DNA of 64,000 nt. It comes from an uncultured delta proteobacterium (GTDB lineage: Bacteria; Desulfobacterota; Binatia; UBA9968). Location: the NCBI GenBank assembly GCA_963727625.1, contig CAVSHR010000004.1, positions 736,001 to 800,000 on the forward strand. Direction: 5' to 3'. The translations under genes were made by a program, and so were the position numbers. Below the pieces are notes generated by a model. It was not told the origin of the DNA. It saw nothing but the letters and a program-made list of their open reading frames with translations, and ran no database searches. Shown here piece after piece: positions 1 through 10,687 of the stretch; position 1 is the first letter of the stretch; each line of letters starts with the position of its first letter.

Positions 1-5
1 ACGAC

Positions 6-587
6 ATGACCGATTCGGACAAGATCCTGGCAATTTCTTCTTATATCGATCAGCGGGTGTCGGTCCTGCCGTTCATGACCCTGTTCGGCCTCCTGGTCAT
101 TGGCTTCACCCTGATCGCGGTCATCAGCTACGCGCATCCGCAGGCCTCGGAAAAGGTCATCAAACAATTTCCTTTGGTCGGCAGCTCAGTGCTAAAGAAT
201 GAACACCTCAAGGAAGGTATCGTCATCCAATCGGTTCGGTCCGGTTATCAAACGATTCAAGGGAATCGCGAGGTGTTCTTGATTACCGGCGTCGCGCTCA
301 ATCAAAACCCGGCGGTGGTGCGGGCGATTCGGTTGTCCGGCGTCGCTTACAATGACGAAGGGAAAGAGCTAGAGCGACAAACGGTTTGGGTCGGCAACAC
401 GATCTCGCCAAAGATCATCCGCGGGATGACCTCCGAAGACATTCCACATTTGCAAAATTTGAAACCGCTCAGGAGTTTCGAGATACCACCCGGCGACTCC
501 GTTCCGTTCACCATCGTGTTTCTCAGATCGGCGAAGAACGCCCGGCAATTCAGTTGCGAGGTGGTGGTTGCCGAGGGCGAAGTTTGA
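6..587 (+). CDS. DUF3426-like membrane-anchored protein, probably 5'-truncated by the window edge
   Basis: One TM helix, then a beta-rich domain (FLITGVALN...IPPGDSVPFTIVF) typical of DUF3426; the frame is open from the window start. Confidence 0.6.
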   Translation: MTDSDKILAISSYIDQRVSVLPFMTLFGLLVIGFTLIAVISYAHPQASEKVIKQFPLVGSSVLKNEHLKEGIVIQSVRSGYQTIQGNREVFLITGVALNQNPAVVRAIRLSGVAYNDEGKELERQTVWVGNTISPKIIRGMTSEDIPHLQNLKPLRSFEIPPGDSVPFTIVFLRSAKNARQFSCEVVVAEGEV

Positions 588-604
588 CCGTTGACGGACC
601 TGTG

Positions 605-784
605 CTAAGGTTCACGGTGATTCTTTTTGGGAGTGATGTCGACTTCGTCTGGCTCGTGCATCGCCTTGCGAAACTTTTTCACGCTTTTGCCGAGACTTTC
701 GCCTAAATCGGGAAGGCGTCGGCTGAACATGACCATGACGATTACGACGATAATCAAAAGTTCGCCAATTCCTAAGCCAAACAT
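605..784 (-). CDS. tatA: Twin-arginine translocase TatA/TatE subunit
   Basis: MFGLGIGELLIIVVIVMVMF..RLPDLGESLGKSVKKFRKA is the TatA TM plus amphipathic helix; GGAGG RBS lies upstream of the ATG at 784. Confidence 0.9.
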   Translation of the reverse strand: MFGLGIGELLIIVVIVMVMFSRRLPDLGESLGKSVKKFRKAMHEPDEVDITPKKNHREP

Positions 785-866
785 GGAACCTCCGGTCACT
801 GTGGCAAGGTGAATTTACAGCGCCGGCCTGGAGTCGCGCCGCTGCAGGATGGATCCATAGTACACG

Positions 867-1670
867 ATGGTGGCGTTCTTAAACATATCCCAGTTGCGAT
901 TTTTCGCCGCCTCCGTCGCGGTCCATGTAGCGACGGTCATGTTGCTCTACCCGGCGCGGCCGGTCCGGACGCCCATCCCGGAAACCATCCCGGTTTCGCT
1001 CTTGAATACACCGGAGCGGGAACCCCCCGCGCCAACTCGGATTCCCCGAGCCGCACCGACGCGCCCAACCAAAGTTCCGGCGGTCATCGCCAAAAAAACT
1101 TCGCCGCCGGCGCCAGCGAAATCGGCGCCGGCTCAAGATCCAAAAACGGCTAGGGACATTGCCCGCGAGAATTTACTCCGGACGGAACCCCCTCCCCCGA
1201 GTTCGTTGCCACCGGCCTCCATTCCGCCCGAAATTGTTCCGGAGCAAAGTGTGATCGCCGAGCGGCGGCTGCCGACGCTCAAAGAACTTTTGCCGCCAGC
1301 CAATTGGGCGGCAATGTCGCGAGCTGACGCGCCGGTGAGCTTGAACACCAGGGACCCGGTCTACGTAACCTATTTCAACAGGATAAAGCAGCTGATCGAA
1401 TCCCGCTGGGAATATCCTGAACTCGCGCTGCGCTACGGTTTGCAGGGCAAGCTTTCATTGGAATTTACCATCGGCGCCAACGGCAAGCTGGAACGATTGC
1501 GTCTAACCCGTTCCTCCGGTTCGCAACTGTTGGACGAAGAAGCCTTGCGCGCGATCAAGAACGCCTCGCCGTTTCCACCCATTCCTCCGTGGATGAAGCC
1601 CAGTCCATTATCGATTTCGGCTTCCATGGAGTATCACGACAATCGCATGAACTATCGCTTCGCCCGCTGA
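867..1670 (+). CDS. TonB family energy transducer
   Basis: N-terminal TM helix with His, Pro-rich spacer, TonB C-terminal motifs (YPELALRYGLQG, SSGSQLLDEEAL, PFPPIP). Confidence 0.85.
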   Translation: MVAFLNISQLRFFAASVAVHVATVMLLYPARPVRTPIPETIPVSLLNTPEREPPAPTRIPRAAPTRPTKVPAVIAKKTSPPAPAKSAPAQDPKTARDIARENLLRTEPPPPSSLPPASIPPEIVPEQSVIAERRLPTLKELLPPANWAAMSRADAPVSLNTRDPVYVTYFNRIKQLIESRWEYPELALRYGLQGKLSLEFTIGANGKLERLRLTRSSGSQLLDEEALRAIKNASPFPPIPPWMKPSPLSISASMEYHDNRMNYRFAR

Positions 1671-1695
1671 CTTGACCGCCGTTCCGGTCCCGAAT

Positions 1696-3192
1696 TCACG
1701 TTTCCGCGTTCATCGCTGGCGGCTCCCAGCGCAACACCGGTTTTCGCGCGGCCCTGGCTTCATCGAGCCGCCGAACCGGTGTCGAGTAGGGTGCGTGCAT
1801 GACCAACTCGGGCTCGTTTTCAGCTTCTTGGGCGATGGCGACCATGGCGTCGATGAAGCCGTCCAAGGTATCCGGCGTTTCGGTCTCCGTGGGTTCGATC
1901 ATCAAGGCGCCGGAAACCACCAGGGGGAAATAAATCGTCGGCGGGTGATAGCCGTAATCCAACAGGCGCTTGGCGATGTCGAGCGTACTCACGCCGTTTC
2001 GCTGCTGCAGGCGATCGATAAAAATGCACTCGTGCATGCATGGCTCGTTGAAGGCAATTTGATAATGTTTTTCCAGCCTCTTTCGAATATAGTTGGCATT
2101 GAGCAATGCCATCCGGCTCGCCTCCGCGAGCCCGTCACTGCCGAGCGCAAGAATATAAGCATAGGCGCGCACGAGCACGCCGAAATTGCCGAAAAAGGAG
2201 CGCACCCGGCCGATGGACTTAGCCGAGTCTTTTTGCAACTCGAAACCATCCGAGGTTTTGACGATGCGCGGCACCGGCAGGTAATCGGCAAGATGGCCCT
2301 TCACCGCCACTGGACCGGCGCCCGGTCCGCCGCCGCCATGGGGCGTAGAAAAAGTTTTGTGCAAATTCATGTGCAAAACATCGACGCCCATGTGGCCCGG
2401 CTTGGCGATTCCCATCAGCGCATTTAAGTTGGCGCCGTCGAGATAAACCATGCCGCCGCGCGCATGCACAACGGCGGCGACCGCTTCGATGTTGGTCTCG
2501 AACAAGCCCAGCGTATTAGGATTGGTGATCATGATCGCGGCGACGTTTTCATCCGCGGCTTTTTCCACCGTCCCGGCGTCAATAACTCCATGCTCGTTGG
2601 AGGACACTTGAATCACGTCGTAACCGCACAAGGTGGAGCTGGCCGGATTGGTGCCATGGGCGGTGTCGGGCACGATAATTTTTTTACGCGGGTTGCCGCG
2701 TTCGGTTAAACAGGCGCGGATCAGCATCAGACCGGTCAGCTCGCCCTGGGCGCCGGCCGACGGCTGCAGGCTCACTCGTTCCATGCCGCTGATTTCGGCG
2801 AGCATGGCTTCGAGATCATGAAGCAACGCAAAGGCTCCTTGCAACAGCGCAACCGGCGCCAACGGGTGGATCTGCGCAAATCCGGGCAAACGCGCCACCA
2901 TCTCGTTGACCTTCGGGTTGTACTTCATCGTGCAAGAGCCCAAGGGGTAGAATTGGCTTTCGATGCCGAAGTTTCTTTGCGACAGCCGGGTAAAATGGCG
3001 CACAGTTTCGAGCTCGCCCAATTCGGGGAAGCCGGCGATATCCCGGCGCAGCAGCGCCGCGGGGATCATATCCGTGACTTCACCCTGTTCGGGCGGCCAC
3101 AGGCAAGCGCTCCTGCCCCCGGAGCCGCTCTCGAAAATCAGCTTCGGTTCGGCCGCCAAGGAACGCTGACTATTCGACGATGGTTGCGACAA
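1696..3192 (-). CDS. gcvPB: Glycine dehydrogenase (decarboxylating) subunit 2
   Basis: YPLGSCTMKYNP and HMNLHKTFSTPHGGGGPG (PLP Lys); TTG start at 3192 chosen from a GAGGAGG RBS (ORF track starts at 3216). Confidence 0.96.
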   Translation of the reverse strand: MSQPSSNSQRSLAAEPKLIFESGSGGRSACLWPPEQGEVTDMIPAALLRRDIAGFPELGELETVRHFTRLSQRNFGIESQFYPLGSCTMKYNPKVNEMVARLPGFAQIHPLAPVALLQGAFALLHDLEAMLAEISGMERVSLQPSAGAQGELTGLMLIRACLTERGNPRKKIIVPDTAHGTNPASSTLCGYDVIQVSSNEHGVIDAGTVEKAADENVAAIMITNPNTLGLFETNIEAVAAVVHARGGMVYLDGANLNALMGIAKPGHMGVDVLHMNLHKTFSTPHGGGGPGAGPVAVKGHLADYLPVPRIVKTSDGFELQKDSAKSIGRVRSFFGNFGVLVRAYAYILALGSDGLAEASRMALLNANYIRKRLEKHYQIAFNEPCMHECIFIDRLQQRNGVSTLDIAKRLLDYGYHPPTIYFPLVVSGALMIEPTETETPDTLDGFIDAMVAIAQEAENEPELVMHAPYSTPVRRLDEARAARKPVLRWEPPAMNAET

Positions 3193-4516
3193 GCCGCTCG
3201 ACCTCCTCGTCCTCATTCATTTCGGTGACGCATACCAAGAAACAATCGCGCAGCTCCGGATACCATTGCGCCAAAACGATTCCTGGCACGATATTGTTCT
3301 TGGCGCAGCTGTCAAAAAGCTTTTCGAGATTTACCGCGCGCAACACGAACTCATTAAAGTAAGGCCCGGAAAATTTCGCCGCCAAGCCAGCGTCACGGGT
3401 CAGTTTCGCTCGCGCGCGATGTGCTCGCGCGACATTGATCTCGGCCATGCGGCGCAGGCCGCTCTTGCCCAGCAGTGACATGAAGACCGTTGCGCCCAGG
3501 GCGCACAGGGTCTGGCTGGTGCAAATATTAGAAGTCGCCTTTTCGCGCCGGATATGCTGCTCGCGGGTGGCCAGTGTGAGAACGAAACCCCGCCGCCCCT
3601 CTGCGTCGACGGTTTCGCCGACCAGCCGGCCGGGAATATTGCGCACGAATTTTTTTTGGCAAGCAAAAAACCCGAACGCCGGACCGCCGAAATTCATCGG
3701 CACGCCCAGACTCTGCCCCTCGCCCACGGCGATATCGACGCCGAAATCGCCGGGAGGTTTGAGCAGACCGAGGGACATGGGCTCCGTCGTCACGGTGATC
3801 AGCTGCGCGCCGCTTTTTGCGCAGGCCGATTGAATCGGCGCCAAATTCTCGATCACGCCGAAGAAATTAGGATAACCGACGAGCACGCACATGGTGCGGT
3901 CATCGAGCCGCTCGGTGAGAGCACCGACATCGGTGGCGCCGCTGCCATCGTAAGCGATTTCTTCGAGGGCGATGTCTTTCAGATTCTTGAGATAAGCGCG
4001 CACGACGGCGCGATATTGCGGGTGCAACGCCTTGGACACCAGAACCCGCCGCCGATGGGTCGCCTGGATGCGGCGCGACATAAGAGCCGCCTCGGCGGCC
4101 GCCGAAGCGCCATCGTAGACCGCGGCATTGGAAACTTCCATGCCCGTGAGCTGGCAGATCAACGTCTGATATTCGAACAGCGCTTGTAATGTCCCCTGGC
4201 TAACCTCCGGTTGGTACGGGGTATAGGAAGTCGAGAACTCGGAACGTGAGATGATCGCGTCCACCGCGGATGGAATAAAATGTTGATAAACACCGCCACC
4301 GACAAACAGACTCCAGTCCCGCGCCGAAGCATTCTGGGCGGCCAAAGCCAACAGACGTTTTTGCACGGCCAATTCGGTCAGCCCGTCCGGCAGATCTATC
4401 CGGGCGCGCTCGCGCAGGGTCGCGGGAACATGGCGATAGAGCGCTTCGAGCGAATCCACGCCGATCGCTTGAAGCATGCGGTCTCGGTCGCTTGCCGTGT
4501 GGGGAGTGTAGCGCAT
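3170..4516 (-). CDS. gcvPA: Glycine dehydrogenase (decarboxylating) subunit 1
   Basis: MRYTPHT, SYTPYQPEVSQG, TREQHIRREKATSNICT motifs; gcv operon context. Confidence 0.96.
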   Translation of the reverse strand: MRYTPHTASDRDRMLQAIGVDSLEALYRHVPATLRERARIDLPDGLTELAVQKRLLALAAQNASARDWSLFVGGGVYQHFIPSAVDAIISRSEFSTSYTPYQPEVSQGTLQALFEYQTLICQLTGMEVSNAAVYDGASAAAEAALMSRRIQATHRRRVLVSKALHPQYRAVVRAYLKNLKDIALEEIAYDGSGATDVGALTERLDDRTMCVLVGYPNFFGVIENLAPIQSACAKSGAQLITVTTEPMSLGLLKPPGDFGVDIAVGEGQSLGVPMNFGGPAFGFFACQKKFVRNIPGRLVGETVDAEGRRGFVLTLATREQHIRREKATSNICTSQTLCALGATVFMSLLGKSGLRRMAEINVARAHRARAKLTRDAGLAAKFSGPYFNEFVLRAVNLEKLFDSCAKNNIVPGIVLAQWYPELRDCFLVCVTEMNEDEEVERLVATIVE

Positions 4517-4525
4517 CAAGCGAGG

Positions 4526-4984
4526 CTACTTCACTTTGTCTTCGTCGTCGTCTTCCTCGTCCTCGTCCGAATCTTCTTCGTCCTCTTCTTCGTCGTCCTC
4601 CTTTTGCTGTTTAACGTACTCGGCATATTCATCCGCGTCCATTAAATCTTTGAGATCATCTCGATCGGACAGCTCGACGCGGATCATCCAGCCGTCGCCG
4701 TAGGGATCGTCGTTGATCGTTTCCGGGTTGTCCGGCAGGATATCGTTGATTTCGAGAACCGCTCCGCTCACCGGCGCATAAACATCCGAAACCGCCTTGA
4801 CCGATTCCACCGCACCGAATGGGTCATCCTTAACCACCTTTTCTCCGACTTCGGGCAATTCCACATAGACGATGTCGCCGAGCTCTTCCTGAGCGTACTC
4901 GGTGATACCGATCGTCGCTGTCTCGCCCTCGACCAGCACCCACTCATGTTCCTTCGAATATTTAAGCCCCTCTGGAAACTCCAT
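4526..4984 (-). CDS. gcvH: Glycine cleavage system H protein with an acidic C-terminal tail
   Basis: LKYSKEHEW, lipoyl motif [18 protein letters not shown]. Confidence 0.97.
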   Translation of the reverse strand: MEFPEGLKYSKEHEWVLVEGETATIGITEYAQEELGDIVYVELPEVGEKVVKDDPFGAVESVKAVSDVYAPVSGAVLEINDILPDNPETINDDPYGDGWMIRVELSDRDDLKDLMDADEYAEYVKQQKEDDEEEDEEDSDEDEEDDDEDKVK

Positions 4985-4995
4985 GACAAACCTCC

Positions 4996-6105
4996 TTAAA
5001 CCTGTGGCTGCGCCTTGTGGCGATAGAATGGTATCGAAACAATTTGTGCCGGGATTTTACGCCTGCGAATTTCCACGTCGACGACATTGTCGAGCGCGGC
5101 CTGTGCGGCCGCGACATAGCCAAGCGCAATGGCCTTGCCGAGCGACGGTGATTTGGTGCCGCTCGTGACCCGGCCGATGCCCACGCCGTTTTTAGACAAT
5201 GGATAACCGCCGCGCGCGATCCCCGGTTCCAGCATCTCCAGGCCCACCAGCTTGCGCTCGACCCCATGCTTTCTTTGCTGCAACAAAACCGCGCGTCCGA
5301 GAAAATCTCCTTTGGAAAATTTTGTCACCCAGGCCAAGCCCGCTTCCAGCGGCGTGGTCGTTTCGTCGAGCTCATGACCATACAAAGGATAGGCCATCTC
5401 CAGGCGCAAGGTATCGCGCGCGCCCAAACCCACCGGAATCAAACCTTCGGTGGCGCCGGCCTCCAGCAGTGCGGACCAGAGCGACTCAGCCTGCGCGCAC
5501 TTGCAGTAAAGCTCGAAGCCGTCTTCCCCGGTATAACCGGTACGCGCCACCAAGCAGCGAATCGATGCGACGTCGCTAAATTGAAAGCCGAAGCTCTTTA
5601 CTTCGGCCAACGTCAATGCCGTCAGGGGTTGGAGAATTTTTTCGGCGCGCGGCCCTTGCAGCGCCAGCTGCGCATAATCCGCGCTGACGTTCGCCACCGC
5701 CACTCTGCCCGCCGATCGCTCTTCGATCCAGGCAAAATCCTTATCGCTGTTCGAAGCGTTGACACAAATGAAATATTCATCCGGTGCCAGGCGGTATAAA
5801 ATCACGTCGTCGATCACGCCGCCGCGTTCGTTGAGCAACAAATTGTATTGCGCCTGGAAAACTCTCATGCGCGCGACGTCATTGGCAGTGACACGTTGGC
5901 AGAAATCCGTAGCGCCCGCGCCACGGATTTCGATCTCGCCCATGTGACTCACGTCGAAAAGGCCGGCGCTTTTGCGCACGGCCAAATGTTCTTCAATGAC
6001 ACCCTGGTATTGAACCGGCATCTCCCAGCCGGCGAACTCGACCATTTTTGCACCCGCCCGTCGGTGCGCAGAAAATAACCCGGTTCTCTTCATGACCTGC
6101 GCCAC
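4996..6105 (-). CDS. gcvT: Glycine cleavage system aminomethyltransferase T
   Basis: [41 protein letters not shown]. Confidence 0.97.
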   Translation of the reverse strand: MAQVMKRTGLFSAHRRAGAKMVEFAGWEMPVQYQGVIEEHLAVRKSAGLFDVSHMGEIEIRGAGATDFCQRVTANDVARMRVFQAQYNLLLNERGGVIDDVILYRLAPDEYFICVNASNSDKDFAWIEERSAGRVAVANVSADYAQLALQGPRAEKILQPLTALTLAEVKSFGFQFSDVASIRCLVARTGYTGEDGFELYCKCAQAESLWSALLEAGATEGLIPVGLGARDTLRLEMAYPLYGHELDETTTPLEAGLAWVTKFSKGDFLGRAVLLQQRKHGVERKLVGLEMLEPGIARGGYPLSKNGVGIGRVTSGTKSPSLGKAIALGYVAAAQAALDNVVDVEIRRRKIPAQIVSIPFYRHKAQPQV

Positions 6106-6129
6106 GGGGGTGGATGCGGTAAGGGACGC

Positions 6130-6990
6130 TTAGCGCTCGCGTTGCAACGAGTCTTTGGCAGCCTTTAACGTGTTGAAGAGCAGCATGCAAATGGTCATGG
6201 GACCGACCCCGCCGGGCACCGGCGTGATCGCCGCAGCGCGATCCTTTGCGGTCTCGAACTCCACGTCGCCGCACAGCTTGCCGCTGGGCAAACGATTGAC
6301 GCCGACGTCGATCACCACCGCGCCGGGCTTGATCCACTCGCCGCGCACCAATCCCGCCTTGCCGATAGCGACGACCAAGATATCGGCCCGGCCCACTTCG
6401 TCTCGCAGACTGGCGGTGCGGGAGTGACAAATCGTCACGGTGGCATGCTTCTCAAGCAGCATCAACGCCACCGGCTTGCCGACGATGTTGCTGCGTCCGA
6501 CCACCACCGCGTTCTTGCCTTTGGGATCGCATTCCGCGGCTTCGAGTAATCTCATGATGCCCATCGGCGTGCAGGGCCGGAAACCATCGGCGCCGAGCAC
6601 CAGCCGGCCCTGGCTGACCGGATGAAAACCGTCGATATCCTTGTGAGGCGAGACCGCCTCGAGTATTTTTTCCGCGTGAATATGCGGCGGCAGCGGCAAT
6701 TGAACCAAAATTCCATGCACGCTTTTGTCTTTGTTGAGCTGCTGCACCAGGGCAAGCAATTCTTTCTCGGAAATCGTCGCCGGCAGCAGATGCTCAAAGG
6801 ATTGGATGCCGACTTCCTTGCAAGCTTTTTCTTTATTGCGCACGTAAATATGCGAAGCTGGATCATCACCGACCAACACCACCGCCAAGCCGGGCACCAT
6901 TCCCCAGCGCCGCTCAAGGCCTTCCACGTCTTCCTTAATTTGTTTTTGGACTTCCTTGGCGACGGCTTTACCGTCGATGATCACGGCCAT
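6130..6990 (-). CDS. folD: Methylenetetrahydrofolate dehydrogenase/cyclohydrolase
   Basis: [41 protein letters not shown]. Confidence 0.98.
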   Translation of the reverse strand: MAVIIDGKAVAKEVQKQIKEDVEGLERRWGMVPGLAVVLVGDDPASHIYVRNKEKACKEVGIQSFEHLLPATISEKELLALVQQLNKDKSVHGILVQLPLPPHIHAEKILEAVSPHKDIDGFHPVSQGRLVLGADGFRPCTPMGIMRLLEAAECDPKGKNAVVVGRSNIVGKPVALMLLEKHATVTICHSRTASLRDEVGRADILVVAIGKAGLVRGEWIKPGAVVIDVGVNRLPSGKLCGDVEFETAKDRAAAITPVPGGVGPMTICMLLFNTLKAAKDSLQRER

Positions 6991-7187
6991 ACCTACTCCG
7001 TCATGTGAATGAAAAATTTATACAAGAAATAAGCCCGTTGTAAAGGACTGACGTCCCCTACTTGCATGACATGGTGAAATTTAAACGTCAACACCTCCAG
7101 CGAAGAACGTTGCCGCCGTCATCCAGCCGCGAGCCACCGCTTGGAGGCACCCTGCCAGCGTTGCACCGCGAAACATTTTTCGCCATG

Positions 7188-7216
7188 TTGACAAGGCCAC
7201 AGTGACGCTCTATAGC
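7188..7216 (+). promoter_or_regulatory. Putative sigma70 promoter for the 7341 operon
   Basis: TTGACA-N17-TATAGC, about 125 nt upstream of ATG 7341. Confidence 0.5.
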
Positions 7217-7340
7217 CTGACTTTAGCACGATTGACGTCCGGCAATTGCCCGGTGGAATCGCCGGCTTCCATGTTGGCGCGCGTAAATACTCGGCAGTGG
7301 AAAATGATCCGGAGCAATTTGCGGTACAAGGCTGTGAGCC

Positions 7341-8435
7341 ATGAGCAAACCACGCACGATTGACGAAGTAAAAAACGACATCCGCAAGCGCGTCGGCCGG
7401 CGCGCGCCGTTTCTCCACGCGGACAAAATGGAAGCGGAACAAGCGCTCGCGAAAATGGCTAATTTTGAAGGCGAAAGCTGGGCCGCGGCGTGGAACGACC
7501 TTGGCGAGCAATGGGAAGCTAAAGCCAACGCCGCGAAAAAAAACGGCAACGCCGCGGAAGCGAAAGGCGCCTATCTCAAATCCTACGGCTACTATGGCAT
7601 CGCGCGCCACCCCTTTCCGAGCTCGCCCGGCAAGCAACACGGTTACGCCAAAACCCGCGAGATGTTCTTGGCGGCGTCGAAATACTTCGACGTTCCAGTG
7701 GAGCGGGTGTCGATTCCCTTCGCCGGCAAAAACATCGTCGGTCATCTGCGGCTGCCGAAAAAATTGCCGGCGCCGATGATCCTGCATTGGGGCGGCATCG
7801 ACAACTGGAAAGAAGAGCGCCACTCCTTCGGCGAAACCTTCGTCAGAGAAGGCTGGGGTTGTTTCATCATCGACAGTCCGGGCACGGGGGAGTGCCCGGT
7901 GCCGGCGGGACCGGAGGCACACAAGCTCCATATTGCCGTGCTTGATTATCTGCTCACCCGCCCCGACGTGAATACAAACAAGATTGCCGTCGTCGGTGCG
8001 AGCTTCGGCGGCCACTGGTCGACCAAGCTCGCCCATGTCGCGCCGGAGAAACTGCGCGCCGCGGTTAACTGGGGCGGCGGCATCCATTATTTTTTTCAAC
8101 CCGAGTGGCAGGAGCGCTCGCGCCACGCCGATTCTTATCTATTCGATCTGATCGAAGCCCGTGCCAACTTGTTCGGCAAAAGAACTTTCGATGAGCTCTG
8201 CCAGGTCATGCCGACCTTGTCGCTGCTCGATCAGGGCTGGCTCGACAAGCCCTGCGCGCCGCTATTGATCGTCAACGGCAAGGAAGACAAACAAGTGCCG
8301 CTCGACGATTTTTATTTATTGCTCGAACATGGCAATCCAAAAGCAATCCGGCTCTTTCCCGGCGGCCATATGGGCGCGATCCCGAATATTCTAAAGACCG
8401 TGCTGGCGTGGCTGCACGAGCGATTGGATGGCTAA
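7341..8435 (+). CDS. Alpha/beta hydrolase, FrsA/DUF1100 / 2,6-dihydroxypseudooxynicotine hydrolase-like
   Basis: GGIDNWKEE, DSPGTGE, nucleophile elbow GASFGG, GKED acid, C-terminal GGHMG. Confidence 0.8.
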   Translation: MSKPRTIDEVKNDIRKRVGRRAPFLHADKMEAEQALAKMANFEGESWAAAWNDLGEQWEAKANAAKKNGNAAEAKGAYLKSYGYYGIARHPFPSSPGKQHGYAKTREMFLAASKYFDVPVERVSIPFAGKNIVGHLRLPKKLPAPMILHWGGIDNWKEERHSFGETFVREGWGCFIIDSPGTGECPVPAGPEAHKLHIAVLDYLLTRPDVNTNKIAVVGASFGGHWSTKLAHVAPEKLRAAVNWGGGIHYFFQPEWQERSRHADSYLFDLIEARANLFGKRTFDELCQVMPTLSLLDQGWLDKPCAPLLIVNGKEDKQVPLDDFYLLLEHGNPKAIRLFPGGHMGAIPNILKTVLAWLHERLDG

Positions 8436-8437
8436 GC

Positions 8438-8692
8438 GTGAGCCTCTACCAGCTGCAAAAACTTTTGTACCACGTCAATCGCGACGCCGCGCAGCGCGAG
8501 CGCTACCGGCAGGACCCGGCTGCGTTTATCAAAAACTATGAGTTAACCGAAGCGGAAGCCAAGGCCGCGCTGGAAGTTGACGCGCGCGCTCTCTATTCTC
8601 TCGGGGTTCATTCGCTCTTATTGCGGCCGTTCACGTTGCTGCACAAAGTGTCTAACGAAGATTACGCTCAGGCGTTGAAAGGATTGGACTAG
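8438..8692 (+). CDS. Extradiol ring-cleavage dioxygenase small subunit (LigA-like)
   Basis: MSLYQLQKLL..DPAAF...YELTEAE...LYSLGVH; directly precedes a LigB gene; GTG start at 8438. Confidence 0.8.
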   Translation: MSLYQLQKLLYHVNRDAAQRERYRQDPAAFIKNYELTEAEAKAALEVDARALYSLGVHSLLLRPFTLLHKVSNEDYAQALKGLD

Positions 8693-8694
8693 CC

Positions 8695-9510
8695 ATGCCG
8701 ATGGTGTTTGCCTGCGCAGCCAGCCACGCGCCCGGAATGACCGCCTGGACCGAAGCCGCGCCGAAAGAACAAGCGGATAAGTTTCTCACGAGTTACCGCC
8801 AACTCGGTGAGCGCCTTGCGGAGACGAAGCCGGACGCGATCATCGCTCTCACGGTCGAGCATTGGGCGAATTTTTTTCTCAACGGCATGCCGAGCTTTTG
8901 CATCGGCCGCGCCGCGCACTACGAGGGCCCGATCGAGGAATGGTTGCGCATTCCCAAGGCGCGTGTTCCCGGCGACTCCAGCCTGGCCAAAGAAATCATC
9001 GGCGCATATATGGACGGGGGGTTCGACCCGACTTTTTCCGACGAACTTTTGTTAGACCATGCGACGTTTTTGCCGCTGCATTTTCTAAACCCGAATATGG
9101 CGCTGCCGGTGGTGCCGATCATTATCAACACGCTCACGCCGCCGATGCCGACGGTGAAGCGCTGTTTCAGCTTCGGCGAATTTCTCGGCACGTTGCTCGA
9201 CAAAAGCCCGAAGCGCATCGCTGTAATCGCCACCGGCGGTCTATCCCACTGGCCCGGCGAAGCCAAGCACGGCAAGATCAACGTGTCCTTCGACCAGAGC
9301 TTTTTGGAAGCATTAATTGCCGGCGATCAAACCAAACTTACCGGCTACAGCCACGAAGAAATCAACCGCGAGGCCGGCTCCGGCGGCCATGAGATCCGAA
9401 CCTGGATCGCGCTCGCCGGCGCAACAAAAAACTGGAAAGCCGAGTTGCTCGCCTACGAGCCCGTCGTGCCATGGGCGACGGGATGCGGCCTGGTGACGTT
9501 TTCCAGGTGA
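8695..9510 (+). CDS. Class III extradiol dioxygenase catalytic subunit (LigB family)
   Basis: ASHAP, EHWANFF, LDH, ATGGLSHWPG, GGHEIRTW metal and catalytic motifs. Confidence 0.9.
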   Translation: MPMVFACAASHAPGMTAWTEAAPKEQADKFLTSYRQLGERLAETKPDAIIALTVEHWANFFLNGMPSFCIGRAAHYEGPIEEWLRIPKARVPGDSSLAKEIIGAYMDGGFDPTFSDELLLDHATFLPLHFLNPNMALPVVPIIINTLTPPMPTVKRCFSFGEFLGTLLDKSPKRIAVIATGGLSHWPGEAKHGKINVSFDQSFLEALIAGDQTKLTGYSHEEINREAGSGGHEIRTWIALAGATKNWKAELLAYEPVVPWATGCGLVTFSR

Positions 9511-9572
9511 TCGGGACAGGCGAAGTCTGCAATGACCGCACTGTGGCCTGTTGCCTTCTTTCAGGAGCTTAG

Positions 9573-10565
9573 ATGAAATTCAGCCTTCACAGCGTTCACG
9601 GCGGGGTTAAAAACATCGATGAGATCCACCAGCGCGCCCGACGCGCCGAAGAGCTAGGATACGACGGTGTTTTTCTCGGCGAGAGCCATTTGAGTTCCAT
9701 CGATTCATTTCAAACCTTGGCAAGTTGCGCCATGATCACCCAGCGTTTGCTGCTCGGCATCGCAGTCACCAACATCGTCTTCCGCCACCCGACGGTCATC
9801 GCCGGTGCGGCGGCATCGCTCAACGAAATATCCAAAGGACGGGCAATCATGGGCCTCGGCACCGGCGACGGGCCGGTTTACACTCAGGGATTGAAAGCGA
9901 TGCCGATGAAGCAGTTCGAGGAAGGCGTGCGGCTAATTCGCCTGCTGGTGCAAGGACACCGCGTATCGTTTCCGACCGGCAAGATCGGCATCGGCTTTAC
10001 TATCAACGCGGCAGCGCCCATCTATGTTTCCGCCGAAGGGCCCAAGGGACTCAAACTCGCGGGACGCTCCGCCGACGGCGTCATTCTGGGCACCGGATTT
10101 GATCTAAAGGTGTACGAGTGGGCGAAACAAAAGATCCGCGAGGGCGCCGCCGAGACCGAGCGAAAGGCAAGCGACGTGGCGATCATCGCCGCCGGCATGC
10201 TCTGCGTGCGTGACGATGGCGACGAGGCGCGCAAGATCGTGCGCAATCGCATCGCCAACCGGGCGCATCATAATTTTCGCTTCACCTTTGAAACCGTGCC
10301 GCCGGAAGAACTCGCAGGGGTCAAGAAATTCATGGACGGCTTCGACGTCATGAAGCCGATGGAAGACCGCGTCAACCCGGATCTGGTCAATGATTATCTC
10401 GTGCACCGCTTCTCCATCGCCGGCACCCCGGCGGAATGCATCGAGCGCATCGAGGAGCTAAAAGCCGCCGGCGTCGAGCATTTAATGCTTACCGCCGCGC
10501 GCAAAGTTTATCACGAAAGCGTCGACGCATTTGCGACCAAGGTGATGCCGCATTTTCGCCGCTGA
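9573..10565 (+). CDS. LLM-class flavin/F420-dependent oxidoreductase (Mer-like)
   Basis: AEELGYD, GIAVTN..RHP, GRAIMGLGTGD, AEGPKGLKLAG, AGTPAEC. Confidence 0.85.
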   Translation: MKFSLHSVHGGVKNIDEIHQRARRAEELGYDGVFLGESHLSSIDSFQTLASCAMITQRLLLGIAVTNIVFRHPTVIAGAAASLNEISKGRAIMGLGTGDGPVYTQGLKAMPMKQFEEGVRLIRLLVQGHRVSFPTGKIGIGFTINAAAPIYVSAEGPKGLKLAGRSADGVILGTGFDLKVYEWAKQKIREGAAETERKASDVAIIAAGMLCVRDDGDEARKIVRNRIANRAHHNFRFTFETVPPEELAGVKKFMDGFDVMKPMEDRVNPDLVNDYLVHRFSIAGTPAECIERIEELKAAGVEHLMLTAARKVYHESVDAFATKVMPHFRR

Positions 10566-10627
10566 GCCTCTTGACTCAGCGAATGCGGAATCGAACCCTG
10601 TTTTCGCCTACCGCTTGCGCCAAATAA

Positions 10628-10662
10628 AAGCGCCGCCGGCAGCTTCACTGCCGGCGGCGCTT
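10628..10662. terminator. Hairpin between convergent genes, likely intrinsic terminator
   Basis: AAGCGCCGCCGGCAG-cttca-CTGCCGGCGGCGCTT 15-bp stem; the A-tract on the left gives a U-tail on the minus strand. Confidence 0.75.
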
Positions 10663-10687
10663 GCAGGTCATTCTCGGGATTCAAATC

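Noticed and set aside
6991-7340. Glycine, THF or ZTP riboswitch upstream of folD-gcv
   Set aside because: No aptamer consensus recognised on the minus strand; an Rfam scan would be needed.
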